From Octopus vulgaris (taxonomy: Eukaryota): DNA of 64,000 nt. Made by a program: the position numbers and the translations under genes. Within the stretch, counting starts at the first letter, position 1, and every line of letters begins with the position of its first letter. The DNA is taken from the NCBI GenBank assembly GCA_951406725.2, contig OX597817.1:161386001-161450000 (forward strand). The letters are read 5' to 3'. The notes under the pieces are model-generated. The model was not told the origin of the DNA. It saw nothing but the letters and a program-made list of their open reading frames with translations, and searched no databases. Shown here one piece after another: positions 1-11,698 of this stretch.

Positions 1-138
1 CATCTACCAAATACACTCACAAGGCTTTGGTTGGCCCGAGGCTATAGTAGAAGACACTTGCCCAAGGTGTCATGCAGTGGGACTGAACCTGGAACCATGT
101 GGTTGGTAAGCAAGCTACTTACCACACAGCCACTCCTG
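1..138 (-). mobile_element. tRNA-derived SINE, family C (head portion)
   Basis: Reverse complement begins AGGAGTGGCTGTGTGGTAAG...GGTTCAGTCCC (A/B boxes); near-identical to the copies at 10510, 29700 and 49386. Confidence 0.8.
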
Positions 139-292
139 CGCCTCATGTGAAAAACAAAATAGGAACTTTGAAAGATGCGTTTATAAAACTAGTTTTTAAA
201 AATCAAATGGCTATGGGGTTCACTAGAATAAAATAGTAATCCAAGGGATGTGAAAATGGTTGAGAGCCACTAGTCTGTATTATACTACATAT

Positions 293-565
293 GGCATATG
301 ATCTGTTGGTTAAGAGTGCGGACTACTAACCCAAGATTCTGAGTTCTATTCCAGGCAGTGACCTGAACAATAATAATAATAATAAAAATAATAATAATTT
401 TCTTATGGTTTCTTAAACATTCTCTCGAACAACACTATGTACAAAACCAAATATATGGTACCCTAGGCATAATACCAAGATGAACTTCCAACTTGTTGTC
501 TCCTGAGGTCTCTGAGTGAGACTTGGAGCCAACTTGTACAAATGTAAAGCAAAAGTCAAACATAA

Positions 566-597
<32 letters not shown>

Positions 598-745
598 CAA
601 CATTGAAAATACCTTAGGAATAAGAACCTAGGTTTGAAATTTCCCCCAAGACACCTGATGAAGGCTGGAGGGTATATTAGCTGAAACGTTACATTAGCAA
701 CAAACAAGATGAGGACAAATATCCGTCAAATGTAAATAATGTACA
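293..745 (+). mobile_element. SINE-like element with degenerate tRNA head and a decayed Penelope-type hammerhead motif, interrupted in its (TAA)n tract
   Basis: Degenerate A/B boxes at 298-352. The motif GACAC-CTGATGA-A-GGCTG..TAGCT-GAAACGTT lies at 650-690. An unrelated ~170-bp segment (398-570) sits within the TAA repeats. Confidence 0.45.
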
Positions 746-827
746 TGTGTGTTGTTTAAGTACCCTGTGACCTACATGTAGCCACCCAGAGATATTGCAT
801 TGTATGTTCTATAATTGTATTTTTCAG

Positions 828-919
828 GAGAATGATGAGACTTCACTGCACATGGCAATTAGTCAAGAAGATGGAAACAGTTTACATATGGTGGACTTTA
901 TTATACAGAATAGCAGTAT
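828..919 (+). CDS. ASAP1: ASAP-type Arf-GAP coding exon (first ankyrin repeat), phase 0 to 2
   Basis: Acceptor ttttcag|G at 827/828 and donor AT|gtaagt at 919/920. Translates ENDETSLHMAISQEDGNSLHMVDFIIQNSS(I), resembling the ASAP-family ETALHLAV...SLHLVDFLVQN ankyrin segment. Joins in frame to 3245. The symbol denotes the family (ASAP1/2-like), not proven orthology. Confidence 0.9.
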
Positions 920-1059
920 GTAAGTATGGGGGCTAAGGTGATGGTGGGTTAAATTGTGAGTTTGATTACTGGGTGGTGACCAGTTTTAAGTATTGGAACC
1001 ATTGGTGGAATGTAGTATGTGCTGGGTTCATGACTAGGTGTGGTTTTTCAACACTTAAT

Positions 1060-1620
1060 ATCCAGATGTACCCGGCAGGACAAGTGAGTCCATAACCCGT
1101 GGCCTTCTACATGGGATGGAGCCAGCCTACGTATGCATACCTTCCCTTCTTGGGACACAAAACTCTACTTGTGAAGACCTGTTGAGGCAAGTGAGGATCA
1201 GAATCGAAATCGATCAATGGAAATTGCAGATGTGTTACCAGTGCCGGTGGCATGTAAGAGAACCTTCCGTTTCGCGACCGTTGCCAGCGCCGCCCCGACT
1301 GGCCTCGTGCCGGTGGCACGTAAAAAGCACCATCCGTTCGTGTCCGTTGCCAGCCTCGCCTGTCCCTCGTGCCGGTGGCACATAAAAAGCACCATCCGTT
1401 CATGGCTGTTTGCCAGCTCTGTCTGGCACCTGTGCGGGTGGCACGTAAAAAGCACTCACTACACTCATGGAGTGGTTGGCGTTAGGAAGGGCATCCAGCC
1501 GTAGAAACACTGCCAGATTTGACTGGGCCTGATGAAGCCTTCTGGCTTCACAGACCCCAGTAGAACCGTCCAACCCATGCTAGCATGGAAAACGGACGCT
1601 AAACGATGATGATGATGATG
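1060..1620 (+). mobile_element. 5'-truncated RTE LINE 3' UTR with internal hairpin-unit array and (GAT)n tail
   Basis: Same architecture as the sequence directly following the RT remnant at 16505-17081; ends ...AAACGATGATGATGAT. Confidence 0.75.
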
Positions 1621-1924
1621 ACAGCATTTGGACTATGTGTGTGTGTTGTGTGTGTATAGTTTTTCAATCTTCCATCTTTTATATCTACGTCTTTCTCACT
1701 TTTGCTCTCATCCTATCGTCCCATTTTTAGTTTCTTATGCTATGTGGGCAGTACCTGATGATTGTGATAGGATACCAGACATGTTAAAAAATACTGTCTG
1801 GCATGCTCTTGGCACATGAAACTAATAGTAGCACATAAAATCATATATTGTGTTTATTAAATAATATTTATCTCTCACAATATGGAATATTTCTTTTGTT
1901 GATCTTACCATCACAAAACAGTAC

Positions 1925-2163
1925 ACTTGGCACCTGTGCCAATGGCATGTGTAAAAGATTTGAGCGAGGTCGTTGCCAATACTGCCTAACTGGCACGTAA
2001 AAGCACCCACTACATTCTCGGAGTGGTTGGCGTTAGGAAGGGCATCCAGCTGTAGAAACTCTGCCAGATCAAGGTTGAAGCCTGGTGCAGCTATCTGGTT
2101 CACCAGACCTCAGTCAAATCGTCAGCATGGAAAGCAGACGTTAAACAATGATGATGATGATGA
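1925..2163 (+). mobile_element. Short RTE 3' tail fragment
   Basis: GGCACGTAAAAGCACCCACTACA...GGAAGGGCATCCAGC...(GAT)n. Confidence 0.7.
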
Positions 2164-2324
2164 TATATAAAGACAGAGAGATCTCCTTGTTTTATATGAG
2201 CAACATTTGCACTGATTAATCTCTCTAATCTATATTTTACTCTATGGAAATATTCATACTCCTAATTCTATTTGTACAACTGCTCTCGTCAGTCTTTGAT
2301 TTATATGTATATATATATATATGT

Positions 2325-2621
2325 GGAGGCGCAATGGCCCAGTGGTTAGGGCAGCGGACTCACGGTCGTAGGATCGCGGTTTCGATTCTCAGACCAGGCG
2401 TTGTGAGTGTTTATTGAGCGAAAACACCTAAAGCTCCACGAGGCTCCGGCAGGGGGTGGTGGCGATCCCTGCTGTACTCTTTCGCCACAACTTTCTCTCA
2501 CTCTTTCTTCTGTTGGCCTGCTCGCTTAGCCAGTGGGGTGGCATCATTTGAAGGCTAAAACAATGCACAGCGCATTGTGACCAGCGATGTGTAGCAACAT
2601 CTGATAGCCTGGTCGGTCACA

Positions 2622-2625
<4 letters not shown>
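2325..2625 (+). mobile_element. tRNA-derived SINE, family A
   Basis: Head GGAGGCGCAATGGCCCAGTGGTTAGG...GGTTTCGATTCTC (A/B boxes); inserted in (TA)n. Relatives at 11327, 12676, 35890, 52880 and 56477. Confidence 0.8.
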
Positions 2626-2666
<41 letters not shown>

Positions 2667-3244
2667 TTTTCCAACTAATCAGTTTCCATGTTTATATTTA
2701 CAATATTTAGATATTTATATAATATAAACATGGTTATACATTCCTAGTTGTATATCGAGAACATCTCAACTGGCCAGGACCCTACTTTGTATCTATAACA
2801 TTTGTGTGTTTAAAATTCCCTGTTTTATATTTACAATATTTGGACTGGTCACTCTCTAATATTCTTTAAATATTTTGGTCATGTGTCATGACCATCTCAT
2901 TTTTTTTTGGCATGTGTACGTCTCAGACTACATTATTCAGATTTAAGGAAGATTTAGCTTGTATTTCTAGCAAGTTGACCAAACACATTGGGGCTCTTTC
3001 ACTGATTTGTCATTAGTCAGTTTTAAACAAGGGTATTTTGTTTGGTTATACTGTTATTGGTTTCTTATTTTCTTGTATGTAAGTGTGTGTGGCCTAATGT
3101 GTCATAGGACCTAAGACGATAATGTGCAGGGGTTGATAGTGATGATGATGTGATGATGATGACAACATCTATGTGTGAGTATTTTAATTGAGTAATTTAA
3201 TTAATTAATGTAACAAGGTTGACATGGTTTCACTCTAATTGCAG

Positions 3245-3431
3245 TTCTAGTCTGGATAAACGAACCAAAGATGGCAACACAGCCCTCCATTTATGTGCTC
3301 AACTCAACAAATCTGAATGTATAAAGTTGATATTGCGCACCAAACCAGACATGGCTTCACTCGTGAACAATGCAGGCCAAGCTCCTCTAGATATTGCCAT
3401 TGAAAATAACCACCAACTTTGTGCTGAACTG
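3245..3431 (+). CDS. ASAP1: ASAP-type Arf-GAP coding exon (ankyrin repeats), phase 2 to 0
   Basis: Acceptor ttgcag|T (an in-frame alternative AG lies at 3250) and donor CTG|gtcagt. Translates SSLDKRTKDGNTALHLCAQLNKSECIKLILRTKPDMASLVNNAGQAPLDIAIENNHQLCAEL, with the ankyrin GNTALH and GQAPLDIA motifs (ORF 3219..3473). Confidence 0.93.
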
Positions 3432-3619
3432 GTCAGTCATCACCTCAGCATTTCCTTTATATCTTTCTTATAAATTTCACTCCTTTATGGGATATATTTT
3501 GTGTAGCAAACCTAATGATGTAACAAAGCGATACTGTTAGAGGGGGTGGCTTGTGTAGCATGTCCAATGATGTAATACATATTTATGTATAGTAAATATG
3601 ATGCCTTTGTGTGTAAAAC

Positions 3620-4508
3620 GAGGCAGTGAGCTGGCAAAATTGTTAGCATAACAGACAAAATGCTTAGCAGCATTTCTTCTAGTTCTTTACATTCTGAGTT
3701 CATATCCCACCATGGTAAACATGTGTAATGATATCTATATAATTGTTGTTGTCTTTATTGTTAAATAAAGGCAGTGTGCTGGCAGAATTGTTAGCATGTC
3801 AGACAAAATACTTTGCAGCATTTCTTCATGTGCTTTACATTCTGAGTTCAAATTCTGCTGAGGTTAGCTTTGCCTTTCTTCCCTTTGGTGTCGGTAAAAT
3901 AAGGTACCAGTCAAGAACTGGGGTCATTGTAATCGACTTGTCCCCTCCCCTCAAAATTGCTAGCTCTGTGTCAAAATTAGAAAGAGTTATTATTATTAAG
4001 ATGGTGAGCTGGCAGAATCGTTAGCACATCAGACAAAATGGTTAGCAGAATTTCTTCCAGCTCTTTATATTCCAAGTTCAAATCCTACCAAGCCACCGAG
4101 TTTAACTTTGCCTTTCAACCTCTCAGGATTGATCAAATAAAGCACCAGACCAATACTGATGTTGATTTAATCAACCTGTTCCCACCCCTCAGAATTGCTA
4201 GCCTTGAAGCCTGCAACAGACCAGCCTCTTATCCAGAGGAGTGTCGTGATCTTGATCACATATTCACTATGGAAACTGGCAGCGAGCTGGCAGAAATATT
4301 AGCATGCTGGGCAAAATGCTTAGCAGTATTTCGTCTGCCGTTATATTCTGAATTCAAATTCCGCCGAGGTTGACTTTGCCTTTCATCCTTTTGGGGTCGA
4401 TAAATTAAGTACCAGTTACGCACTGGGGTCGATTTAATCGACTTAATCCCTTTCTCTGTCCTTATTTGTCCCCTCTATGTTTAGCCTCTTGTGGGCAATA
4501 AAGAAATA
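3620..4508 (+). mobile_element. Cluster of four SINE family B copies or fragments
   Basis: Repeated GGC(A/G)GYGAGCTGGCAGAA..GTTAGCA head, GAGTTCAAAT B-box-like motif and GCCTTTCATCCTTT.GGGGTCGATAAA core. Confidence 0.75.
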
Positions 4509-5278
4509 GGAAACTGGATAACCAGCATCGTGAGTTCTAGGGCACAAGACAAAAAAAGTATGTAAAACACTGCTACAGTAAGTGGCTTATGTAGTAAATT
4601 TAGAAATTCTAGGTGTGTAACATAATGTTACCTGATGTAAATTGCATAACATAAATTGATCTCAAGGATCACTACCTGAAAATATAGAAACACATTTCTT
4701 ATTGGTATCTGATTTTTAATTATTTTCCATCTATAAGGAATGTCTCACTTCATAAAATGTTAGATTCATATCCCTTAGGTTATGTCATGCTGATGATTTC
4801 AAAAAAGAATGAAATGGTACTATGCATGATTGCTACTGAAAAGAAATACTGAATAGAACTTTGTTAGAAGCAACAATAAATATATAAATAAATGAATAAG
4901 TATGCAACTGGTGTTGCTTTGTTTATGTTCCTCTAACTTAGCAGTTTGGCAAAAAGAGACCAATATAATAAATACTAGACTTAAAAATATAAGTACTGGG
5001 GTCGATTTGCTAAATTAAAACCCTTCATGGTGGTTCCTCAGCATAGCCATTGTCCAGTGACTGAATCAAGTAAAAGATACAATACATTATTGATCATTCT
5101 ATATTCCATTCTCATCCCACCAACACATTAATAATAATCCCATATTGCACCATACCATCATGCTGCAACCACGCTGCCAGTACACTACTTCACACTACCA
5201 AATCACTACCACTTCACCACAACACTACTTCACCACCACCACCACCATACTCAAACTCCATCACTTCTATGATTTCAG

Positions 5279-5347
5279 ATAAAAGCTGCTTTGGAGAACA
5301 GAAAAGATTTATTTGAAAACGTCAATATTGACTGGGATCTTATGGTG
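5279..5347 (+). CDS. ASAP1: ASAP-type Arf-GAP coding exon (post-ankyrin), phase 0 to 0
   Basis: Acceptor tttcag|ATA and donor GTG|gtaagt; 69 nt. Translates IKAALENRKDLFENVNIDWDLMV, matching the position of the ASAP F..hV.veW.L segment after the ankyrins. Confidence 0.85.
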
Positions 5348-5699
5348 GTAAGTTTGGGGTTAATCCCATCTTCTTCTAGATATCATGACTGGTAAGAAGG
5401 TTGGAATTGCCCTTGTCTGCCTTTTATGATTCCTGGTGGTAAGTCTGGTTGGATCTACTGCTTTTGTTATCAAGGGGATAAGTCTATAAGTCCAGGGGTT
5501 GTCTCTCATTCTTTAGATATCATAGCAATGAATCTGGATTGACTTTATTTTGTTGGTTTATTGCTGTGCATTTGTTATGAATTGCCCAGTGGAATAAATA
5601 TAATTCCAGGAGGAAGAGGAGATGTTTAATGTTTCGGGCAGGAAATTTTTTGTTGGAGAACATTAAGTTTGGAATTGACTCTTTCACATTATAGTGTGA

Positions 5700-6030
5700 A
5701 ACTGACATTACTAGCAACTAATTTAAAACAACTATTTTGTAGCTGGCAGCTTATTAAGGCAAGTATTTTTTTGTTCTTTTGCTGGCAACTAATTAAAGCA
5801 GCTATTTTTTTGCTGACACTAACTGAAGTAAATATTTCATTGCTAGCAACTGATTAAAGCAACTATTTCATTGATGGAAATTGATCAATGTAACTATTCC
5901 ATTGCATCTAAACTGAATAATAGCGATTTACAGATTACTAGTATTTCGGCTATTGACTATTGGTAACTAACATATTGCATCAGCTATTTGGTTTCTGGCA
6001 ACTGAATAATTGAAATTAGAGATTGTCATA
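5700..6030. repeat. Degenerate ~35-40-bp minisatellite (CTGGCAACTAATTAAAGCAACTATTT), resuming at ~6450-6620 after a LINE insertion
   Basis: Recurrent GCAACT(A/G)ATTAAAGCA units visible by eye. Confidence 0.55.
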
Positions 6031-6061
6031 ATTTTTGCTATTGAAGATTTGCAACAAATAT

Positions 6062-6449
6062 TGCCGTGCTGGTGGCACGTAAAAAACACCATTTGAGTGT
6101 GATCGTTACCTGCGTCACCTTACTGGCACTTGTGCTGGTGGCACGTGAAAAAACATTTGAGCAAGGTCGTTGCCAGTGCTGCAGGACTGGTTCCTGTGCA
6201 GGTGACACATAAAAAGCCCCATTTGAGCATGGCCATTGCCAGTACCACCTAACTGGTCCTTGTGCCAGTGGCATGTAAAAGTACCCACAACACTCGGAGT
6301 GGTTGACATTAGGAAGGACATCCAGCTGTAGAAACTCTGCCAGATCAGATTGGAGCCTGGCACAGCCATCTGGTTCACCATACCTCTGTCAAATTGTCCA
6401 ATCCATTCTAGCATGGAAAGCGGACATTAAACGATGATGATGATGATGA
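6062..6449 (+). mobile_element. RTE 3' UTR fragment with hairpin-unit array and (GAT)n tail
   Basis: Closely similar to 16695-17081. Confidence 0.75.
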
Positions 6450-7194
6450 TTGCAACCAACTATTTGACTATTCAAAACTGAATAATAGCAAATGGCAGAT
6501 TTCTAAAGGCTCAGTAATAGTAATAACTAAATTTGTTGCTTGTAATTGAATAACAGCCACTAACAGATTACTGGCAACTGAATAGCAATTTAAAGATTGC
6601 TGACAACTAAATAACAACAGCTGATTGATTCCTGGTTCTTGAGCAGATGAGATTTTCAAATTTCTTGCCTGAACAAACTGTACAAATGATTTCTTTATAG
6701 TAATCAAATGTTTGTGCTGTACCTTAACTCCCTCCTTTCATTGAATTGAGATTGCCTGTACAGGTAAGTGCACAGTGTGCCATGTGTCAGGTGTTGAAGT
6801 AATCACAGAGCAGTGAAATTATGTGTTTTGCTCAAGAACACAACGCACTGTCCAGTCCAGAAATCAAAGCTATAACCGTGAATACACCATCCAAACCACT
6901 AGGTCATGCACCTTAGTCATTGAATAATGGCCACTAATTGATTGCTGGTCATTGTTCTCTAGTTAATTTCTTCACCTCTGCTCTCTCTCTATTTAATAAT
7001 CTACAACAGATGTGTGGATGGGTGAGGGTATATTGTTACTGCTGTTACTATTTCCAACCTGTCAATCTATCTTTGCATATAAGCATCATGTATAAATGTC
7101 CATTTGTGAAACTTATTTAAAACAACACAGCTCTCACTCCTCCATTTGTGAAGGCAACAAGATAACAAATATCACCAATCTATCCATTTTCTTT

Positions 7195-8045
7195 GTCTGC
7201 TATTCCTGAGGAGCTTGTAGGGGTAAGAGTCCTCAGGTACTTCCCCCATAAGGTCCTATCAGAAGCAACCATCGTTACACTTTCTGGATGAATTCCTAAG
7301 CATAACCAACTGAGACTATGAACATGATCCAACCATCTTGTTCTTGGTTAACCTCTAGGTCTCCTGTCAGTTGGCTCTGCTTGAAGAATCCATCTTGCAA
7401 TTCTTTCCTGTGACATTCTAATCACATGTCCATCGTACCGGTGCTGTGATCTCTCCATGCAGAGAAATACCGTAATACTTTTGGATAGGTCACACCCTTA
7501 GTTTGGGGTTGTCAAAGTTGGTATTTGTGGTTGACTCGCAGATAGGTTGGTTGCACTATAATCTGGGGAGTTACATGACCCTCTTTTAATGTAAATATGA
7601 CTTATATTTGCATTGGTGTTGTCTAAAAGACCAACATGCAAACTTCCAGTTTCTGCTTTCTAGTAAACAGACGTCACAAAAATATTTTTCATAACAACTT
7701 GAAAACTGAAAAGCCCAGGTCCAGGGTACATTCCTGGACTACTGATATGCTGCCATATACTTCAGATTCCTGTGATGTTGAATGGATTGGTCACACCCCT
7801 GATTTTTATCAAAGTTTTTGGTAAAAAAAAGTGTGACCTATCCGTGAGTATATATGGTAGCAGCTCAACCTTGAGAGATTCTTTGATCTCCAAGCTATGC
7901 ACCATGTGGAGTAACATTACTCTAGAGGTCTTTTCAAGGAACCCTATTTCTACCATTTCTTTTCATGATCTTACTCTTCTGGTCATTAGCCAACATTCAT
8001 GACCAAATTGAAGATAGCAAGTTTGGGCTTTTTACCAACCTCTTC
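7195..8045 (-). mobile_element. Degenerate RTE LINE ORF2 C-terminal fragment, split by a DNA-transposon MITE
   Basis: Minus-strand translation GHECW...EIGFL...LKVELL|FLCMERSQHRYDGHVIRMSQER...RPRG*PRTRWLD is typical of RTE C-termini and is contiguous once 7470-7857 is removed. Confidence 0.7.
7470..7857. mobile_element. Non-autonomous Tc1/mariner-superfamily (pogo/Tc2-like) MITE
   Basis: Imperfect TIRs CCGTAATACTTTTGGATAGGTCACAC / GTGTGACCTATCCGTGAGTATATATGG, with a TA target duplication at 7468-7469 and 7858-7859. Confidence 0.7.
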
Positions 8046-8087
8046 TCTTCTGACGATTAAATACTGGAAGGTATTACATTATTGTAA

Positions 8088-8306
8088 GGTGGCGAGCTGG
8101 CAGAAATGTTAGCACGCCAGGCGAAATGCGTAGCCATATTTCGTCTGCCTCTACGTTCTGAGTTCAAATTCCGCCGAGGACGACTTTGCCTTCCATCCTT
8201 TCGGGGTCGATTAAATAAGTATCAGTTACGATATAATTGACTTAATCCGTTTGTCTGACTTTGTTTGTCCCTTCTGTGTTTAGCCCCTTGTGGGTAATAA
8301 AGAAAT
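8088..8306 (+). mobile_element. SINE family B, full copy
   Basis: Same head and core as 4278 and 43313; flanked by a GTATTACATTATT direct duplication. Confidence 0.8.
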
Positions 8307-8505
8307 ATGTATTACATTATTATAATCATCATCACCATTGTCATTATTATCATCACCACCATTAGCATCAACATCTCAATCATTATCATCACCATCATGA
8401 CCACACCACTACCATTATCATGACCACCACCATCACCACTATCATTGTTGTCATTGGATTGATCGTCAGTGAATTATAATCAATATAATAAATATTACAT
8501 TGCAG

Positions 8506-8553
8506 GAGGAGCCCCAATATCCGCTTGACTGTTATAGTGATGATGATATTGAT
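8506..8553 (+). CDS. ASAP1: ASAP-type Arf-GAP coding exon (acidic SDDD linker), phase 0 to 0
   Basis: Acceptor ttgcag|GAG and donor GAT|gtaagt; 48 nt. Translates EEPQYPLDCYSDDDID, comparable to the ASAP SDDDLD motif. Confidence 0.85.
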
Positions 8554-8993
8554 GTAAGTAACACTTCTATTTCATTTATCTGATGTGACTATTATCTGTC
8601 TATCTATCTATCTATCTATCTGTGTGTGTGTGTGTGTATTTTTATATGTTGTGACAATCCGTATATAACCCACCCTTGTTATTGTTTGTATAAAAGTTGT
8701 GTCTATAAAACAACATGTATCAATACTGAGCATACATATGTGGAGATTTTAGATATGTAAATATGCATCGTGGGCCCTGAAAGCATTTTTAAAGTTTGGC
8801 ATCTAGATTCATGTTTTTAAATGGAACTGATCCTAGATGCCATTTGGTAATAGAGATGCATCCCTTAGAGACAATTTCAATACATCAAGAAATTATGTTG
8901 TACAGTATTTGACATAGCTCTTTTTGTTTATGATGCTCAAATATATGCCACTGGCCACTCTGAGTTATCTTTTCTTGGTTCATTTTTCTTTAA

Positions 8994-9214
8994 CCCTTTA
9001 GCATTCAGATTTCTTTGTCAAGCGTCATGCTTATTTATTCACATTGTTTTGAATGGATCATGCAATGTCTTGTAGCCTTGAGGTTTCGATAATGGGAGGA
9101 TTTAATTTTTGGAGTAACATTGTAGGGTAGGTGTGAGAAGCCAGATCTGTCTAGTTTTAGGATTTATCAAGTAGAATATTTAGGCCAGATATGGCCAGTT
9201 TAAATGCTGAAGGG
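8994..9214. mobile_element. piggyBac-like MITE
   Basis: TTAA|CCCTTTAGCATT ... AATGCTGAAGGG|TTAA; a related degenerate copy ends at 27382. Confidence 0.7.
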
Positions 9215-9887
9215 TTAATCTTGTAATGTTGATTGGTTCATTGATAAACCTTTCTCTGCATAGGGGTACTCCTCTACACTAATTTTTAAGGTTAGATTAA
9301 TTGGGGCAATGATGGTTCCAGTTGATCCAATCAACAAAATAACTGGCTCATGAAATTAACATGCAAGTGGCTGAGCACTCCACAGGCATGCATGCATGCA
9401 TGCATACCTTTAATGTAGTTCTCAGGGACATTCAGCATGACACAGAGTGTGACAAGGCTGGCCCTTTGAAATACAGGTACTACTCATTTTTGCCAGCTGA
9501 GTGAACTGGAGCAACATGAAAGAAAGTGTTTTGCTCAAGGACACAAATCATTGCCAAGAATTGAACTGATGACCTTACTATTGTAAACCGAATACCCTAA
9601 CCATTAAGCCATGTGCCTTCACTGAGGCAATATAGAATATAGTATATCCCCTTAGAGACACTTTGATGTGAGAAAAATCTCAGTTTACCTAAGACCTATC
9701 TTGTCTAGAGATACTTATTAAAGTGCAAACCTGCACGTGCATGCAATGCATGCAAACACATGTGCATAAACACACATGCATGATGGTGTCGTGTAGATAA
9801 ATACAAAGTGGGATAAGAAAAATGTGTCCCCTACTTGGCTAAAAATATCAGTCTGTCCAAAATGTATTTCCTTTGGAGATACTTTAA

Positions 9888-10109
9888 CCCTTTTGTTACC
9901 AATCCGGCTGAAACTGGCTCTAGCTCTGTAGTGCAAATGTCTTGTTTTCATAAGTTTTGAATTAAGATCTTCCACCAAACCTTAGTCACAATTTATGTTC
10001 CTAACATTAGCTGAATGATAACTAAGTGATTTTTACTAAATTCTTTGTTATATTTAAAGTAATTGAAAGAAACACAGAGCATCTCAAAATAAATACAGTA
10101 TTGAAAGGG
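9888..10109. mobile_element. piggyBac-like MITE (second subfamily, inverted relative to 51676 and 59499)
   Basis: TTAA|CCCTTTTGTTAC ... GAAAGGG; the interior is the reverse complement of the 51676 and 59499 copies. Confidence 0.75.
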
Positions 10110-10434
10110 TTTATGTGAGATAAATCCCTATCAATCAGAGGTAACAATAACCTTTCATGCATACTCCTTAGTGAATGTCAGGATGTAAAGAATTCGCGTG
10201 TGAGAAGTGCTAACCATCTCATTCAGCATATTAATGCCTTCATGCTCATTTTCATTTCCTTTACATGTAAAGCAAGAGTACATTGTCTGTTGTATCTCCT
10301 AACATTGTCTGTTCTGTACCTTGTTATGTCTCAGAATGAGCTGATTGGGCTTAGCTGTTTGGGTGCTGACAATTTGGCACGGCTGACTGGACGTTCAGCC
10401 TGGTTTGGTGAAGGTACTTTTTGGCACACTGAAG

Positions 10435-10465
<31 letters not shown>

Positions 10466-10509
10466 TGCAGCATCAAATATTTCAACACTCTTTTTTACTC
10501 TCTTTTACT

Positions 10510-10878
10510 CCTTTACTTGTTTCAGTCATTTGACTGTGGCCATGCTGCAGCATCGCCTTTAGTCAAGCAACTCGACCCCAGGACTTATTCTTTGTAAGCC
10601 TAGTACTTATTCTAGCGGTCTCTTTTGCCAAATCGCTAAGTTACAGGGATGTAAACACACCAACATCGGTTGTCAAGCAATGTTGGGGGAACAAACACAC
10701 ACACACACATATACATATATACGATGGGCTTCTTTCAGTTTCCATCTACCAAATCCACTCACAAGGCTTTGGTCGGCCCGAGGCTATAGTAGAAGGCACT
10801 TGCCCAAGATGCCATGCAGTGGGACTGAACCCGGAACCATGTGGCTGGTAAGCAAGCTACTTACCACACAGCCACTCC
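10510..10878 (-). mobile_element. tRNA-derived SINE, family C, full copy
   Basis: tRNA-like head on the minus strand and an internal (CA)n; near-identical to 29700-30058 and 49386-49767. Confidence 0.85.
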
Positions 10879-11326
10879 TGTGCCAATGTGAAACAAAAAT
10901 TAAAATGTTGAAAAAATAAATAACAAAAACAAAAGTGAATGGAAAAGCAAACAAAAATGAAGAGGGGTCATTTTATATCCCATCCCCTACCTATTATGGA
11001 CATGCCCAGATAATTAAATTCAGCTAATTATGGTCTATTTAATCAAAATTGGTGCTGCTTGTTATTAACTTGGGACACACATGTGCCTGTGCAGAAACAG
11101 AAGCATACAGATAGAAGGAGTGATAGAAAGATGAAGAGAGAAACATTACAATTTATGGATTGAACATGATTGACATAAACATTTTCCTTCTCCTCAGACA
11201 CATAAAGAGAAATATATTCACACACATATAGAAAATGTGTGTGTGTGTGTAAGAGGGAAGGAAGGGAACAAGAGAAACATTAAATGTCTTATGTCAAATA
11301 AGTCAGCATCGAATCAGTAATGTTTG

Positions 11327-11613
11327 TTCTTTCTCGAGCCATGCCTGGCTCATAGGGCCGGTTTCCTTGGCATATAGGTTCCCCACCTGGACGGGACGCT
11401 GGTCCGTCGCAGGTGAGCTGCAAGATGCAGGAGGAAAGAGTGAGAGAAAGTTGTGGCAAAAGAGTCAGCAGAAGTTTGCCATTACCTTCTGCCGGAGCCA
11501 CGTGGAGCTTAGGTTTTTTCGCTCATAAACACACACATCGCCCAGTCTGAGATTCGAGCCCACGAACCCTCGACCACGAGTCCACTGCTCTAACCACTAG
11601 GCCATATGCCTCC
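11327..11613 (-). mobile_element. tRNA-derived SINE, family A variant
   Basis: Minus-strand head GGAGGCATATGGCCTAGTGG; target duplication GAATCAGT(A/G)ATG at 11311 and 11617. Confidence 0.85.
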
Positions 11614-11698
11614 ACTGAATCAGTGATGCCGAATAGGCAGCGCCAAAACGTCCCATACCCATTACACCTTGTTGATATTTTTACCGTTTCTACTGTAG

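Noticed and set aside
1241-1462. CRISPR-like appearance (palindromic repeats with intervening sequence)
   Set aside because: The spacers are homologous to each other, there are no cas genes, and the array is part of an RTE LINE 3' UTR repeated many times in a eukaryotic intron.
2325-2400. tRNA-like sequences here and at other SINE heads
   Set aside because: No complete cloverleaf or terminator; each continues into a dispersed repeat body, so these are SINEs and not tRNA genes.
6755-6770. Consensus donor CAG|GTAAGT
   Set aside because: It lies inside an old repeat also seen near 55790, with no matching acceptor and open frame.
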